The notes: a model not told the origin generated them from the letters alone. DNA of 64,000 nt from the human T2T-CHM13v2.0 reference genome, Homo sapiens (GCF_009914755.1 NC_060927.1), one strand, 5' to 3'; positions 1-25,412 are shown, numbered from the stretch's first letter. A program made the numbers and translations.

Positions 1-282
1 ACTCCAGCCTGGGCAACAAGAGTGAAACTCCATGTCAAAAAAAAAAAAAGAAACAGGGCCATCTGTCTTTGAGGCAGAGGGATTTACACCCTTGCTAAGA
101 CACTAAAGTTTTTTGCTAAGGCACTAAACTTTTTAGGCCCTTCCCCCAGTATTACACATGAGAGATGATAATCAAGCCTTTGTTGCCTATGAGTGAAAAG
201 GAATCTAAAAATCACTGAAATAAATAATAATAGTTTTTCAAGGAATTTCAAAGAAGTTTTTTCACATGGGAAAGGACTGCTA

Positions 283-585
283 GGCTGGATGTGGTGGCTC
301 ACACCTGTAATCCCGGCAATTTGGGAGGCTGCAGCAGGAGGAATGCTTGAACCCAGGAGTTGGAGACCAGTGTGGGCAACATAGTGAGACCCTGTCTCTA
401 CCAAAAAAAAAAAAAAAATTAGCCAGGTGTGGTGGTGTGCACCTGTGGTCCCAAGCTACTTAAGAGGCTTAAGTAGGAAGATTTTTTGATCCCAGGAGGT
501 CGAGGTTGCAGTGAGCCATGACTGCGCCACCGCACTCCACCCTTGGTGACAGAGCAAGACCCTATCTCAAAAAAAAAAGAAAAAA
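283..585 (+). mobile_element. Alu (J-like); another Alu's 3' end occupies 1-50
   Basis: Dimeric Alu consensus with A tail. Confidence 0.9.
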
Positions 586-1621
586 GTCTGCTGGTTGTTG
601 TTGGAAATAATCAGTCACAGTGGCATGCTGCCTAACATGCTAAATCCTCACCTGGAAGACTTTAGGACTTTCGGTCAAATCATGCTGTGATTTGACCCTT
701 GAGGCACCCTTGCTGTTTCAGTCATGGAAGTAGTAGATAAAACTTAAAAAACATTGAGACATGTATCTGAGTTCACAAACAAGGTAAACATCTCCTTGGG
801 CTGAGAGGGAATGAATCCTTGGTCCTAGAGGGTTTGGGGTTGGGACAAAGGCAGCCATTTTCAACTAGGGTTTTGTGAGAGAATTAAGCCCTATGGAAAA
901 TGATTTGAGTAACTGCAGTTTTTAATTCTTCCAAGTATGGTATGAAACTAGTACCATGCTATATATACACAGTAGATACATTAATTCATTGTATACAGGC
1001 ATTTGGATTTAATTTTCTCTTTGAACTCTGGTTGAGAAGGACTGGAAATGTTCTATACAGAGGAGATTTTGTGTTACAAGCTGAGAGCTAATGTGGGGCT
1101 CCTAGCACTGGTGAAAGGAAGTTGAAAAAAGCTGTCACTAACTGCTGCCTAGAGCTCTCAGTGGTCCATTATGGGAAACTGCTGTCCTTAGGGAGGCCTC
1201 ATGACCAAGAATCGAATCCAGCCTCACATTATCTTAGTGATTGAGTTTGTGATAACCCCTATATTGCCATAAGGTAAGAAACCTGAACCAAGGCCTTGGG
1301 TATCAGATTGGCTGGATAAGGAGGGATGAGCACAGAAGGAAGGACAAAGATAATACCTTTTTCAAGATGAGCCTGTAAATGAAAATTCTAAAATAAATGC
1401 TAAGAAGGCCACCAGTAAAAACAGAGATTAAGACATATTTACTCCAGATGAAATTAAAGTAATACAACAGTCTGGAAATTACTTTAAAACAACTTTCTTC
1501 CATAAGAAAAAGGAAGTAATAATTTTCTTAAAAAGAACAGAAAATTGTAGAAGAAAAAGAGGCCAAAACAAAACTAGACTAGATGGATACGAAAAATAAC
1601 TAATTAGAAATCCTGGAAATT

Positions 1622-1913
1622 GGCCGGGCGTGGTGGCTCACGCCTGTAATCTCAGCACTTTGGGAGGCCAAGGCGGGCAGATCACTTGAGGCCAGGAGTT
1701 CAAGACCAGCCTGGCCAACATGGCAAAACCCCATCTCTACTAATAATACAAAAATTAGCTGGGTGTGGTGGCACATACCTGTTATCCCAGCTACTCGGGA
1801 GGCTGAATGAGGCAGGAGAATTAGTTGAACGCGGGAGGTGGAGGTTGCAGTGAGCTGAGATGGCACCACTTCCTGGGTGACAGAGTGAGACTCCCATCTC
1901 AAAAAAAAGAAAA
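1622..1913 (+). mobile_element. AluS
   Basis: Alu consensus; TSD AAATCCTGGAAAT. Confidence 0.92.
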
Positions 1914-2221
1914 AAATCCTGGAAATGAAAAAAAAATTGATGTAAACATGTAAATCACAATAAAACTCAGACTGATGCCAGTTAAAGAGAAAATTATAGA
2001 ATTCAGAAAGAACACTGTGGCTAGGCCTGATGGCTCATGCCTGTAATCCCAGCAGTTTGGGAGGCGGAGGCAGGTGGATTGCTAGAGCCCAGGAGTTCAA
2101 GATTATTCTGGGCAACATGGCAAAACCCTGTCCCTATTTATTTTTATTTAAAAAACAAAAACAAACAGACAAAAAATACTGAGTAATCCTACCAAAACCA
2201 CCGAGATTAAGGAAAAATATA

Positions 2222-2962
2222 TGATGTGCCTCATAATGATGTTTTGTTCAGTGATGGACTGCATATATGACAGTAGTCCCATAAGATTATAATGGAGTTG
2301 AAAAAATCCTATTGCCTGGTGACATGTAGTTGTTGTAATGTGTTTGTGGTGATGCCAGTGGTATAAAAGCTCACAGTAATGTCCTAGGACTTCACCTTCA
2401 CTCACCACTCACTCACTGACTCACCCAGAGCAATTTCTAGTCCTGCCAATCTTCATTCATGATAAATGAGTGCCCTATAGAGTTGTGTCATTTTTTCTTT
2501 TATTCTGTAGTTTTACTATGCTTATTCTATGTTTACATAGATAAATACTTACCATTGTATTACAGCCACCTACGATGTTCAGTACAGTAACAGGATGGAC
2601 TAGTTTGTAGCGTAGGAGCAATAGGCTCTACCATGTATCCTAGGTATGTAGTATGCTATGCCATCTAGGTTTGTGTAAGTATGCTTGTCCAACCCAGCTT
2701 ATTTTGCTGTTGTTCTTGTTCTGTGTTTTGTTTTAGTCTTTTAGCAGCCTAAAGGCATGGTTTTTAGTTTCTGTCTCTAGTGATAAGCGGGAAAGAGGGA
2801 TGAGGAAGGGTCCTTACTGATCCAACCAGGAACAGAAACTAAGAACCGATGGCTGTATTCTCTCCCTTGGACACCCCTCCATGATGTTCACATGACAAAA
2901 TGGCCTAACAACACATTTCTCAGCATGTATCCCCTCCCTATTGTTAAGCAGTGCAAGACTGT
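2222..2962 (+). mobile_element. Tigger3/MER7-family DNA transposon fossil
   Basis: CCCATAAGATTATAATGGAG..AAAA.TCCTA and CCATCTAGGTTTGTGTAAGT motifs. Confidence 0.7.
2681..2878 (-). mobile_element. MER30B-like hAT MITE nested in Tigger3
   Basis: Termini gcttgtccaaccc ... ttggacacccct. Confidence 0.65.
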
Positions 2963-3010
2963 ATATCCTCCACGTCTCACACTCTCATATATGTATGTGT
3001 GTTTATTTAG

Positions 3011-3456
3011 GAAGGAAATAACAAGGTCAACAAAGACTCCTTAGGCTTTAAGGTGGCTGCCAATGGACACTAATTTTGATATACTTTGATATACACACGC
3101 ATATATATATGAGAGTATGAGACATAGATTGAAAGCCTTCGACGCATATCTGCTGAGAGTTTCAAATAGTCTTCATGAATGTTCAGACACATATAACTTC
3201 AGTGTTGATTCAACTGATGGCTTCACTGGGGAACCACACAGAAGAGGTGAATTAAATCCTTAGCAGAATTGCAGCAGAATTGGTTTTCAATTTGAACAGA
3301 GTTTGAGTGATGGAGTTGAGACAGAATCTTAGTGAGAATATTAGAGAACTGTTGCTTGCGAGACTTTCTCAGGCATAAGAAGGAAATAACAAGGTCAACA
3401 AAGATTTCTTAGGCTTTGAGATGACTGTCAGTGGACACTAATTTTGATATACTTTG
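3011..3456 (+). repeat. 78-bp direct repeat (3011-3088 and 3379-3456)
   Basis: 71/78 identical by manual alignment. Confidence 0.9.
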
Positions 3457-4114
3457 CTTTTGCTAGGGTTAGAGGTCATAGTGTACATTTTTGTTTGGCA
3501 GCACATCTTGAAATGGTGGACATTTTTCTGTGCTGGGCATTAGCCTTTGTGTTTTTCTTTTAAAATTTCAAATATACTCCTCTGAAGTTTTGAATTATTT
3601 TCTAATGTGGGCAAGAGCGACTTCATTACAAAAATTAACTTTGGAAGTCTAAGAAAAGTGAATTTTTTATAGCCTTTAACTTAAATTTAACATCCATTCA
3701 AAGGATGATCTGAGTTCCTGGGAGAGTAAGATTTTCAGCAGGAGTAGAAACTTGGATATGATGATACCCTAGAGCCAAAGAGGCATTTAGCATATTTTAG
3801 TATACTACTAATACTAAAATTGAGAATTTAGTGTAAAGTTAATTGCTGAATCCTGTCTAAGAAGTACTAGTTATTACATAATATAAAAGACTTTGAAATG
3901 TTTTTCCTATTTATAATTATGATGGTCTCTAATGTAGGACCAAATGAACAGTTAGTTAAGGCTCTAGTTAGTATTCATAACTCTGCAGTACTGAGTGAAA
4001 AGTTTATATTCTTAAGCTTTTGCAGACTTTTTTTTTCAGATGTTATTATATATGGTATATGTAATTTATCACCATGTTAGATAATATATTAACTGCTAAA
4101 TTCATGTTTCAAAA

Positions 4115-5895
<1,781 letters not shown>

Positions 5896-6087
5896 CATGT
5901 ATTGTTGTTAATTGGTATTGATTTTTATAACAGAGTGCCAGGCACTCTGTGTGCGGTGGTTCCTATTGCCTATATCATTTGTATGCCAATAAGCAAGTTG
6001 TTCATAGATTGGATTTTGAGATCCTAAACTGATCACGCATCTCCATTCCTGATATTTTCCAGCAGCTTATTATTTCTGTGGGTGAGA

Positions 6088-6115
6088 TGGTGGTGGTGGT
6101 GGTGGTGATGGTGGT
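6088..6115 (+). repeat. (TGG)n tract
   Basis: Direct reading; one interruption. Confidence 0.9.
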
Positions 6116-6239
6116 ACTGAAGGCCATTATAGTGTTATGCATGCTGCGTGGTGAGAACACTTTGCAACATGCCATTATGATTTGTTTTTCATCATTTGTT
6201 TTATTTTTGTACTTTTGCTTATTACACTGAATGAGACAG

Positions 6240-6338
6240 CTACTAGCCGGGATGATAGCAGAGCCTGCTTTTCTCTCTGAGTATACTATCTTTGCTTTGG
6301 ATTCCTCCAAACATCCTAAAACACAGAGTGACAGTGTG
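6240..6338 (+). CDS. GOLGA4: Candidate GOLGA4 99-nt in-frame cassette exon (LLAGMIAEPAFLSEYTIFALDSSKHPKTQSDSV)
   Basis: U-rich tract (about 6180-6220), then cag|CTA; strong donor GTG|gtgagt; 33 codons with no stop; phase 0-0, matching the downstream exons. Confidence 0.7.
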
Positions 6339-7059
6339 GTGAGTCCTTCCACCGCTTTCTGCATTCCCTTTGTGGGGAAGCAAAGTAATTTGGCAATTGT
6401 AGAAGCAAATCTCATGTTACTTGCCACTTACCATCTCTCAAAGTATCTTCAGTGTCCTGTTGCTAACCCTGCTCTAAAAAAATCAGAGAGTAAATTGCTG
6501 AATTCTGATGGCTGGTGTGCTTCCTGGTAGCTTTGTAACTGCAACAAAAATAACACTGTTTTCGCTAATGTAGCTACTTCAGTAATGAAGCTACCTTCGC
6601 TTACTCTAACCTCTTTTTTTCCTAGGGAATGTTTGTTCATTAACTAAAAAAAGGTATGCAGTGCTACAAATCTCTGTTCTACTATTGATGGGCGGTTAAG
6701 AATATTTTGAGATATGACTTACATTTTTAGGGGAAAAATTCGTTGTTATGTAAATCCATAATTAAACAGCATTGAATAGGTAGGTAGATTCTACTGTATT
6801 AGATAATTGCATCTTATTTTGCAGTTACCTGTTTTTTATATATTAAACATCTGAAAGAGAATTGTCTCATTTGTTTTTAAGTGACTGGCGTCATACGGTT
6901 TTGAATCTTGTATGTAATTTCATTTTGGGAAAGTGGACATTTTCCTATTGAAAGTATCTGGTAAGCTCATAATTTAGCAAATTAAAGTTTAGAGATGTTT
7001 GTCCAGTAAGGATAGCCTTTGGTGTTAAACACTGACTCTACTGGGATTGAGGTTTTTCT

Positions 7060-7150
7060 TTCTTTTTTTAAAAAATTGTTCCACAAATCTATTTATTAAT
7101 TACAAAAACAAAAGAAAAGTTTACAATGGAGAAATGTGGCAAACACCATT
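7060..7150 (-). mobile_element. Short orphan retroposed insert
   Basis: Perfect 16-bp flanking direct repeat GGATTGAGGTTTTTCT; minus-strand AATAAA about 22 nt before an A-rich tail. Confidence 0.65.
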
Positions 7151-7469
7151 GGATTGAGGTTTTTCTAAACAATAAGAATTGATTTAACTTATTAGGTAGC
7201 TGGTGATGGAAGTAGAACATTTCGGTACTTGAACCATGTAGCCAGTGAAGACTTGGTATGCATATGGCCAGTAGCAGTCTTAAATTACATTGTAAACTCA
7301 GTTTTAGAAAAGAAAGCAGCTAGGGAGATAATGGGATTTCTAGTGATGGCTTAGCTTGGGTCTCAGGGAAAAGTGGTCTCTCCTTGGCTCTGGCTACAAG
7401 TAATATCTCATTGTTTTAAAAACTGATTTGGGAGGGAATCAGAAGTCCCAATTAGAGAGACTTGTTTAC

Positions 7470-9919
<2,450 letters not shown>

Positions 9920-10119
9920 TAGCTTTTTTGTATGGACCACAATCATGTGTCAAGTCATTTACTTAAAACAGAATATGGACTCTTGCTGTTCTTCCTCTTA
10001 AGCTAAATATTTTATGGAGCCCCTTCATTTCCTTTCTCCATAATTTGTTTATTAATTTTCAGTATATTAACTGGCCAAGAGAATTGTTGATCTCTGTAAA
10101 GTATATTTTGTATTTTATG

Positions 10120-10644
10120 CAATTGTCCCCAACCTTTTTGGGACCAGGGACTGGTTTCATGGAAGACAGTTTTTCCATGAACTGGGGGCACAGGGATGGT
10201 TTTGGGATGATTCGAGCGCATTACATTTACTGTGTACTTTATTTCTGTTATTATTACATTGTAATACGTAATGAAGTAATTATATAACTCGTGACAATGT
10301 AGAATCAGTGGGAGCCCTGAGCTTGTTTTCCTGCAACTAGATGGTCCCTTCTGAGGGTGATGGGAGACAGTGACAGATCATCAGGCATTACATTCTCATT
10401 AAGACCACGCAACCTAGATCCTTCATATGCACAGTTCACAGCAGAGTTCGCACTTCTATGAATATCTAATGTCACCACTGATCTGACAGTAGACAGAGCT
10501 CAGGTGGTAATGCGAGTGACGGGGAGCAGGTGTAAATGCACATGAAGTTTCGCTTGCTCACCCACCGCTCTCCTGCTGTGTGGCCCCGTTCCTAACAGGC
10601 TATGAGTTGATACTGGACTGTGGCCCAGAGATTTGTGACCCTTG
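10120..10644 (+). mobile_element. MER1A (hAT-Charlie)
   Basis: CCCCAACCTTTTTGG.ACCAGGGACTGGTTTCATGGAAGAC start; about 525 bp. Confidence 0.8.
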
Positions 10645-11136
10645 CTTTATAGTATGTAGTATATTATATTTTTAGACCTAGAAGGCATTCATTGTAATGT
10701 CACACAGGTAGATGCCATGTAGGCAACTGGAAGATAAAAGTTAATTCCTATGTTCTCCCAACCTTTCTTCCCCATCTAACTTTAAGGAAATGTCTTAGAC
10801 TGATGAAATTTGATAGCTTTTTATTAGAGGGAAGAGGAGGTACTTAAAGTTTGTCTTTATTAGGGAAAAGTTGAAACATATTACAAAAGTGGAAATAGTA
10901 GTAGTATTGGTACAAGAACCCCTCCCCATATCTATTACCCAATGCCAATAATTAATAACTCATGGCCATCTTGTTTTATCTATTAGCCTACCCCTACACT
11001 TCCCTGACCGTACCACTACCATTTTGCCTACTTGTGCAGCTCCCCCTGGCTTCCCCACTCCCACCCCATTGGATATTTGAAGCAAATTTCAGAAGTTCTG
11101 TTCCATCAGTAAATATTTTGGTATATATCTCTAAAA

Positions 11137-11649
11137 CAGTGCTTCCCAACCTCCAGGCACAGGTCCGTGGCCCTTTAGGAACTGGGCTGCACAGCAGGAG
11201 GTAAGAGGCAGGCAAGCAAGTGAAACTTCATCTGCATTTACAGCTGGTCTCCATCACCCGCATTACCACTTGAGCTCTGCCTCCTGTTAGATCAGTGGTG
11301 ACATTAGATTGTCATAGGAGCGTGAACCCTGTGGAGAACTGTGCATACGGGGGATCTAGGTTGCATGCTCCTTATGAGAATATAATGCCTGATGATCTGT
11401 CACTGTCTCCCATCACCCCCAGATGGGACTGTCTAGTTGTAGGAAAACAAGCTCAGGGCTCCCACTGATTCTATATTATGGTGAGTTGAATAATTATTTA
11501 TTATATATTACAGTGTAATAATAGAAATTAAGTGCACAATAAATGTAATGCATTTGAATCATCCCAAAACCATCCCTGCACCCCCGGTCTGTAGAAAAAT
11601 TGTCTTTCATGAAACCCGTCCCTGGTGCCAAAAAGGTTGGAGACCACTA
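11137..11649 (-). mobile_element. MER1A (hAT-Charlie)
   Basis: Reverse complement of the neighbouring copy; 8-bp TSD CTCTAAAA. Confidence 0.82.
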
Positions 11650-11666
11650 CTCTAAAAGATAAAGAT

Positions 11667-14711
<3,045 letters not shown>

Positions 14712-14922
14712 TTAGATCCTCATAACTGTCAGTGAGGCTGGTCAGGTTGTGGGAACAGCCCAAGTCCCTGGGTCTGTTGACTCTAGTCTTGAGCAGCCAC
14801 TCCAGTTAATCCCAAATTCTCTAGAAATACATAATTTTCTATAAGTGCCATGAAGTAGGGGTAAAATATTGGGAGGCATCAGTCTAAACAGCACTGTACA
14901 GAACATATCCAGTGATCTTTAA

Positions 14923-15996
<1,074 letters not shown>

Positions 15997-17469
15997 GTTG
16001 GAAGAATTGGCAAAATATCTGGACCATTAAGAAAACGGATTTTGTAACTAGCTTTAAACTAGGCCAAGCAACTAGTTTTCCTGCAAATCAAATTTTTAAA
16101 GCAACTTGAGTTAGACTTTGTTTTTGACCTAACATCCCTTCCTTAAATGCCTTCTGTAGTTTCAGATCAGTAGGGAGACCATATAATAATTGTATGGTAC
16201 CTGTTTCAAAACATATTTTTTCTGTTTTTATAAGTAAGTTGATATTAATTAAACTCTTGGCAATATTTCTTCTTTCTTAAAGGAAAATACACCTTAACTT
16301 TTTTTCTTTTACACTGTGAAACATACACAGTAGAAATTCTGTTACTCTCTGTTATTAATACATAAATGAAAATACTTTTTTTTCCATATTGGCATGTAGC
16401 TACAAATATTAAAGGAGGAGAAAAGGTAATATAATTTTAGGTTTACCAAATATGGTGTGTATTCAAATAATACTTGACCAGCTTATCTAAAATGTACATA
16501 ATTTTGAGGTAGCTTATGAATTTGATTTTAATTATTATGTTCACAAGCTTGGAATATTAGATATTATTTTGCATCTGTAACTAACCGTGATCATCATCTC
16601 TTGTAATTTCTTGTACATGTATATTACTTGTTCTTAATAGATTTTTGGAAACAAGACTTTATTGAGATCAGTTTGGTTTTCCTGTTAATTTACCTGTTTG
16701 ACTTTATAATGTGTTTTAGTTTTGCAGAAGAACACTGTTGTAGTTTAGAAGGCTTTTCATAAATCCCCTCATAGGCAAAGATGAGAACTTCCCACTATTT
16801 TTTTCCCCTCTTAGGAAGACATACTGGAAAGAAAATGTTTAGCATCTTAGTGTAGTATAGCTATTGTAAACAGTTCATGACTAGATTTTGATTCGGAAAT
16901 CTATACTGACCAAGGATTAATCTTAAGGACTGTATAATTCATTAAAGCGGTGGTCTTTCCATGTGGAGACTGATAGAAAATAATTTTGTCCCAAGTCTTA
17001 TTTGCTGACTTTTTCTGTCAATGAGTGAGATTGTTGAACAAACTGAATATATGGGCTATAGCAAGTAGCTTTACAGTACAGATCTTACAATTAAGTTTTG
17101 CTTTTGTTAAAGTGTGTACCATTTTTTCTGTTTGGAGTAAGACAAAAATTGTTTTGACATAGGTTCCCTAGGGTACACTTGCTCTAGCATACTTTAAAGG
17201 CCACTGTTGCAAAGTCTACATTTTATGCTGAATCTGCATTCTGTCAGGCACCCGTAGAAAGACCTCAGTACATGCTTTGCACTCTCCTTTGCTCCCTTTT
17301 TCCAATTTCTTATTGCATATCATTTTGTTGTAATACAGAAAGCAGCATTTTTAAATGTCCATGTTAAGAATTGGCCCACTGGTACCGACTCACCTCTATT
17401 TTGTCAGTTCATAGTTGAAGATTTTGTTTTATTTCAAAAACAAAGTACATTTTTGAAATAATGTTTCAG

Positions 17470-17528
17470 AATAAAATAATCTCACTTTTAAATTAAGTGA
17501 TCCATTTTAAAATTTGTAATTCAATAAA
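17470..17528 (+). terminator. Two AATAAA poly(A) signals of the retrocopy, sense to GOLGA4
   Basis: AATAAA at 17470-17475 and 17523-17528. Confidence 0.7.
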
Positions 17529-17594
17529 GTTTTTTTTGTTGTTAAACATAAAAAAAAAGAATATTATTAAAGAGTATGATTTAAAATGCATATT

Positions 17595-18390
<796 letters not shown>

Positions 18391-18607
18391 TAAACAAATT
18401 TCTGAAAAGTTGATTGTTGAGTTTAGCAAATTAAAAACAATGTATATACACAAAGACGGGGGGATGCTTACTATGTTTGAGCATATTGACAGCAGCAGGA
18501 AACCATAGTTGACAGCAAGGTTGAAGACATGGTAAAAAGCACATCCTAGAGTTCTTAAAACATAGCAGCCTGTGGACCCTCTTATTACTGGGGCAAAGTA
18601 TCCTATA

Positions 18608-19985
<1,378 letters not shown>

Positions 19986-21356
19986 AAAATGAGTTCACAA
20001 TATACATATTGTTTTATAATTTGACCTTTCCCATTTAATAGTATATCTTGAACTTCTTTCCATATGTTATTGTTTATTTTTAAATTTTTTTTGAAAATAC
20101 TTTATAGACCAGGACATACTTTTCAAGTTGCCTTGGGGAGTGCTCTCCATATACTATAATTTATAAACTGTATCCTCTAGTGATAAACATTTGGGTTGTT
20201 TCCAGTTTTTACTCTTTTAAACCACCTGTGATAAATTTGTGTGTATGAAGGTATGGGACATATTATCTCCTCTTACTCCTACCTTGCCCAATATTATTAA
20301 ATCTCTAGAATCCGTGAGCAAAACATTTCTGTTTTGATTTTTCAAACTCTAGACTGAAGAGAATCTTTTTATTTTCCTGTATTTTTTGCCTACACATGAC
20401 CTCAGTTTCCCTGGAGTATTTCACTCCTGGCACCTTTGAGATCTTAGTGACCCGGTTGTTAACTAATGAGAATGAGCTTCTAGGAGACATCAGTAAATAT
20501 TGACTGCTGTGACCTGAACAAAATAATACTGCTTAGAACAGTTAGTTGAATTAGGTCATATTATTTTTCATTGTGACTAAATTAATTTGTTATTCCAATT
20601 AATTAGGAGAACAGGTCTTCCTTATCACTGTCTAACATTGGAGTTACTGATTTGTGCAGAGGGACTCTAACTCAGACCTTTCAACTGTCCTCCATGATTT
20701 GTTAATGCTTATTTTTATTCCTAGTAGACAAATGGTAAGTAGAGCAGAGTTGGCTGTTACTAGTCAACTCTGCCTCACATTCCCTTATTAAACAAAGTGG
20801 GTTCATTACACATTACCCTCCCCCCATCCCAATTCCCCTCTTTTCTTGGGAATGATCAAGAATTACCATGTCCATAAAGACCCTCCAGATAAAGCCCACT
20901 TGAGTTCAGTTACACACTTCACATTTCATGGTATATACCTACATTTTAGACACTGGGTATGCACTGTTACAGATGGTGTATGGAGATGGTCACTACCTTC
21001 AAGGATCTCACAGTTTAGTGGATGAATCCTCACAATACACCTGTGAGGTCGGCTGGGAAAGTACTGTGTTTTTCTTTCTTCCAGATGTGCAAACTGAAGG
21101 AAAGTGACTTACTGAAGGGCATTCTACCTCTAGGTGACAGACCTGGGACCTGCACCCCAGTCCTCTGACTCCAGGTCCAACACTGTTTCAGCAATAACCA
21201 AGTGTTTTGTTTTTCAGAAAACAATGTATTATGTAAAATGTCAGGAATATAAATTCAACTTGTTAGAACTTTTATTAGATTATTGCTGGTGATGGGGTAA
21301 TGGAAGTCTAAATGTATGTATTTTAATCCACACATTCTGTTGGGTTTTGGTTGCAG

Positions 21357-21671
21357 TCAGGTGACACACAGTCTTTTGCACAGAAGCTCCAGCTCCGGGT
21401 GCCCTCCGTGGAGTCTTTGTTTCGAAGTCCGATAAAGGAATCTCTATTCCGGTCTTCTTCTAAAGAGTCTTTGGTACGAACATCTTCCAGAGAATCCCTG
21501 AATCGACTTGACCTGGACAGTTCTACTGCCAGTTTTGATCCACCCTCTGATATGGATAGCGAGGCTGAAGACTTGGTAGGGAATTCAGACAGTCTCAACA
21601 AAGAACAGTTGATTCAGCGGTTGCGAAGAATGGAACGAAGCTTAAGTAGCTACAGGGGAAAATATTCTGAG
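21357..21671 (+). CDS. GOLGA4: GOLGA4 exon (SGDTQSFAQKLQLRVPSVESLFRSP...YRGKYSE)
   Basis: cag|TCA ... GAG|gtagga; 315 nt; peptide recognised as the golgin-245 Ser-rich N-terminal region. Confidence 0.97.
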
Positions 21672-22919
21672 GTAGGAGCATGACCTTTTTGCCTGTACAA
21701 AAATTTCTTCCCCTTGTTCTCTCATTCATATTACTGTATTGCTTTACTCCTGTGATTGGCTAAACTGTTAATTCTCTGGATATATCCTGGTTACTAATGG
21801 TATGTAGTCTGTGGCATTATCTAGTTAAAGACTCTCAATATCTAGTTAAGTAAAGACAGAGGCCCTTTGGCAAGACTCAGTAAAATTTTGGAGAAGATTG
21901 TTGTCTGTAGCCTTCTGGTTCTTATATTCTGTTCCCCTCTCCTTTCGTAGTCCCTCTGTTCAAGGTCACTTGGACACCCAGTGTGGAGTTCATCTTCTGG
22001 CTCATATCCTCTCCTTTATTCCTCTCTAACTGATGCGGCTCCAAAATGACCTCATCTGCCAGTGAGAGTCCCATTATTACTGATTCTAAAATTGTTTTAG
22101 GTAGCCTGATTATTTGACAGATTTGGTTCATTCTCATTGTACCTACATTTAAACCTTTGCCTTGGATGAATCTTTTCATTGCTAAACCCTTGAGAATGAC
22201 ACTCCCTGTTTGGTCTAAGGGAGGAAGGAAGTCAATGCTAGTCCATTTCACTTTTCAATCCTTTAGGAATGTAGCACCTTCCTTTCAGGCTAAATTTTAT
22301 TTGTTGCCCTCCCTCAATTCCCTCTGCATCCTATGCAGTTAAAACAGTTCTTTCTCAGGAAAGCTTTTTTGGAGTAAGTTGTCCATATTTTTTTGTTTGT
22401 TTATCTTAAAATGTGTAATGTTTTATTGTCTTATGGTTTGCAAATCACCATTGTAGTTAATTTTAATTAATGAATACTAAAGTTCAGAGTCAGTATATTA
22501 AAGATAGTTGTAACTTCTGTTTCCAATTATGACTACAATATGAGTAATTTTATCCTACAACCAAAAACAAAACAAAACAACCCAAATGAAATATACAAGA
22601 TAAGATATCTTTTTAAACTGTGAAGTGCTGACAAAATAGGAAGCAATTATCAGGCTTAAATATATAGGCTGGCTGGAACCCACCCAGAGATATAAACAAG
22701 GCACTAAAGCCATGTATGTCATGAGGCACTTGTAGAATCAAGCACCTTTTTCCTTTAAATTTTTTTAACTTTTATTTTTAAATTTCTACCAAAGTTAATA
22801 ATCGTTATGAATCTTTGTCTGTTACTTCACTAACTTAACCATGGCTTTTAAGTTTGAAGCTGGGGTAGTGGTATAAGTAGTATTTACGTATGCTAGATAC
22901 TGTGTATTTTATATTTAAT

Positions 22920-24700
<1,781 letters not shown>

Positions 24701-25412
24701 TAGATGAGTAATGTTATGTAACTTCCAGGCTGAAAAGATTTGTTAATCCATAATTTCATTAGGGTGTGCTAGAATGTTTAAATATCCTGTTTAGGTTAAA
24801 TGGTTAAATATCTCTTTAAGGACTTGAATTACCAGTTTTCATCTGTTGATTATGAGGTTCTTTGCTCAGATTTTTGCAGAGCTGTAGTCACAGACCCTAT
24901 AACCAGAAGGAACTTTTAGAAATCAATTACATGATCTCTTATAGTCCAAAGCAGAAAAATTGCCTGGTGAGCTCATTAAAACATAGTTTCCTGTCTCTCC
25001 ACACCCTTCCCAAGTCTCAAATTCAGTTAGATTGGGGTGGGGCCCAAGAATTTCTGTTTCAAGCAAACTTGCAAGTGATGCTGTTGCTGATTTAGTCTGT
25101 AACTATAGTTTGAGTAGCCTCCTGCCTTTAGGCAAGTTGGCTTGAATCCCCACCTGTGAATTAGGTACTGAAATTTAGAGGTGTATCTCTAAGATGAAGT
25201 CATATGGAGATTTAACGTCTGTCAAATTTACATTTTATTTTTTAGAAATGTATGTCCTATGTTAGTTTTGACCGTCATGCATCTAATTAGGTTATCCTAT
25301 TAAGGACTCTTCTAATTTATTTTTTGACTTTCATAAAGAGAATTTTTTAGTGGACTTTAGAATAATTGCATTTATTTAGGAATGACTAATGTTGTTGATG
25401 ACTATATTTTAG

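Noticed and set aside
6063-6087. Possible 16-19 nt microexon (ccag|cag...TGG|gtgaga)
   Set aside because: Frameshifting with a short pyrimidine tract and no further support; worth a glance only if the 6240 exon is studied.
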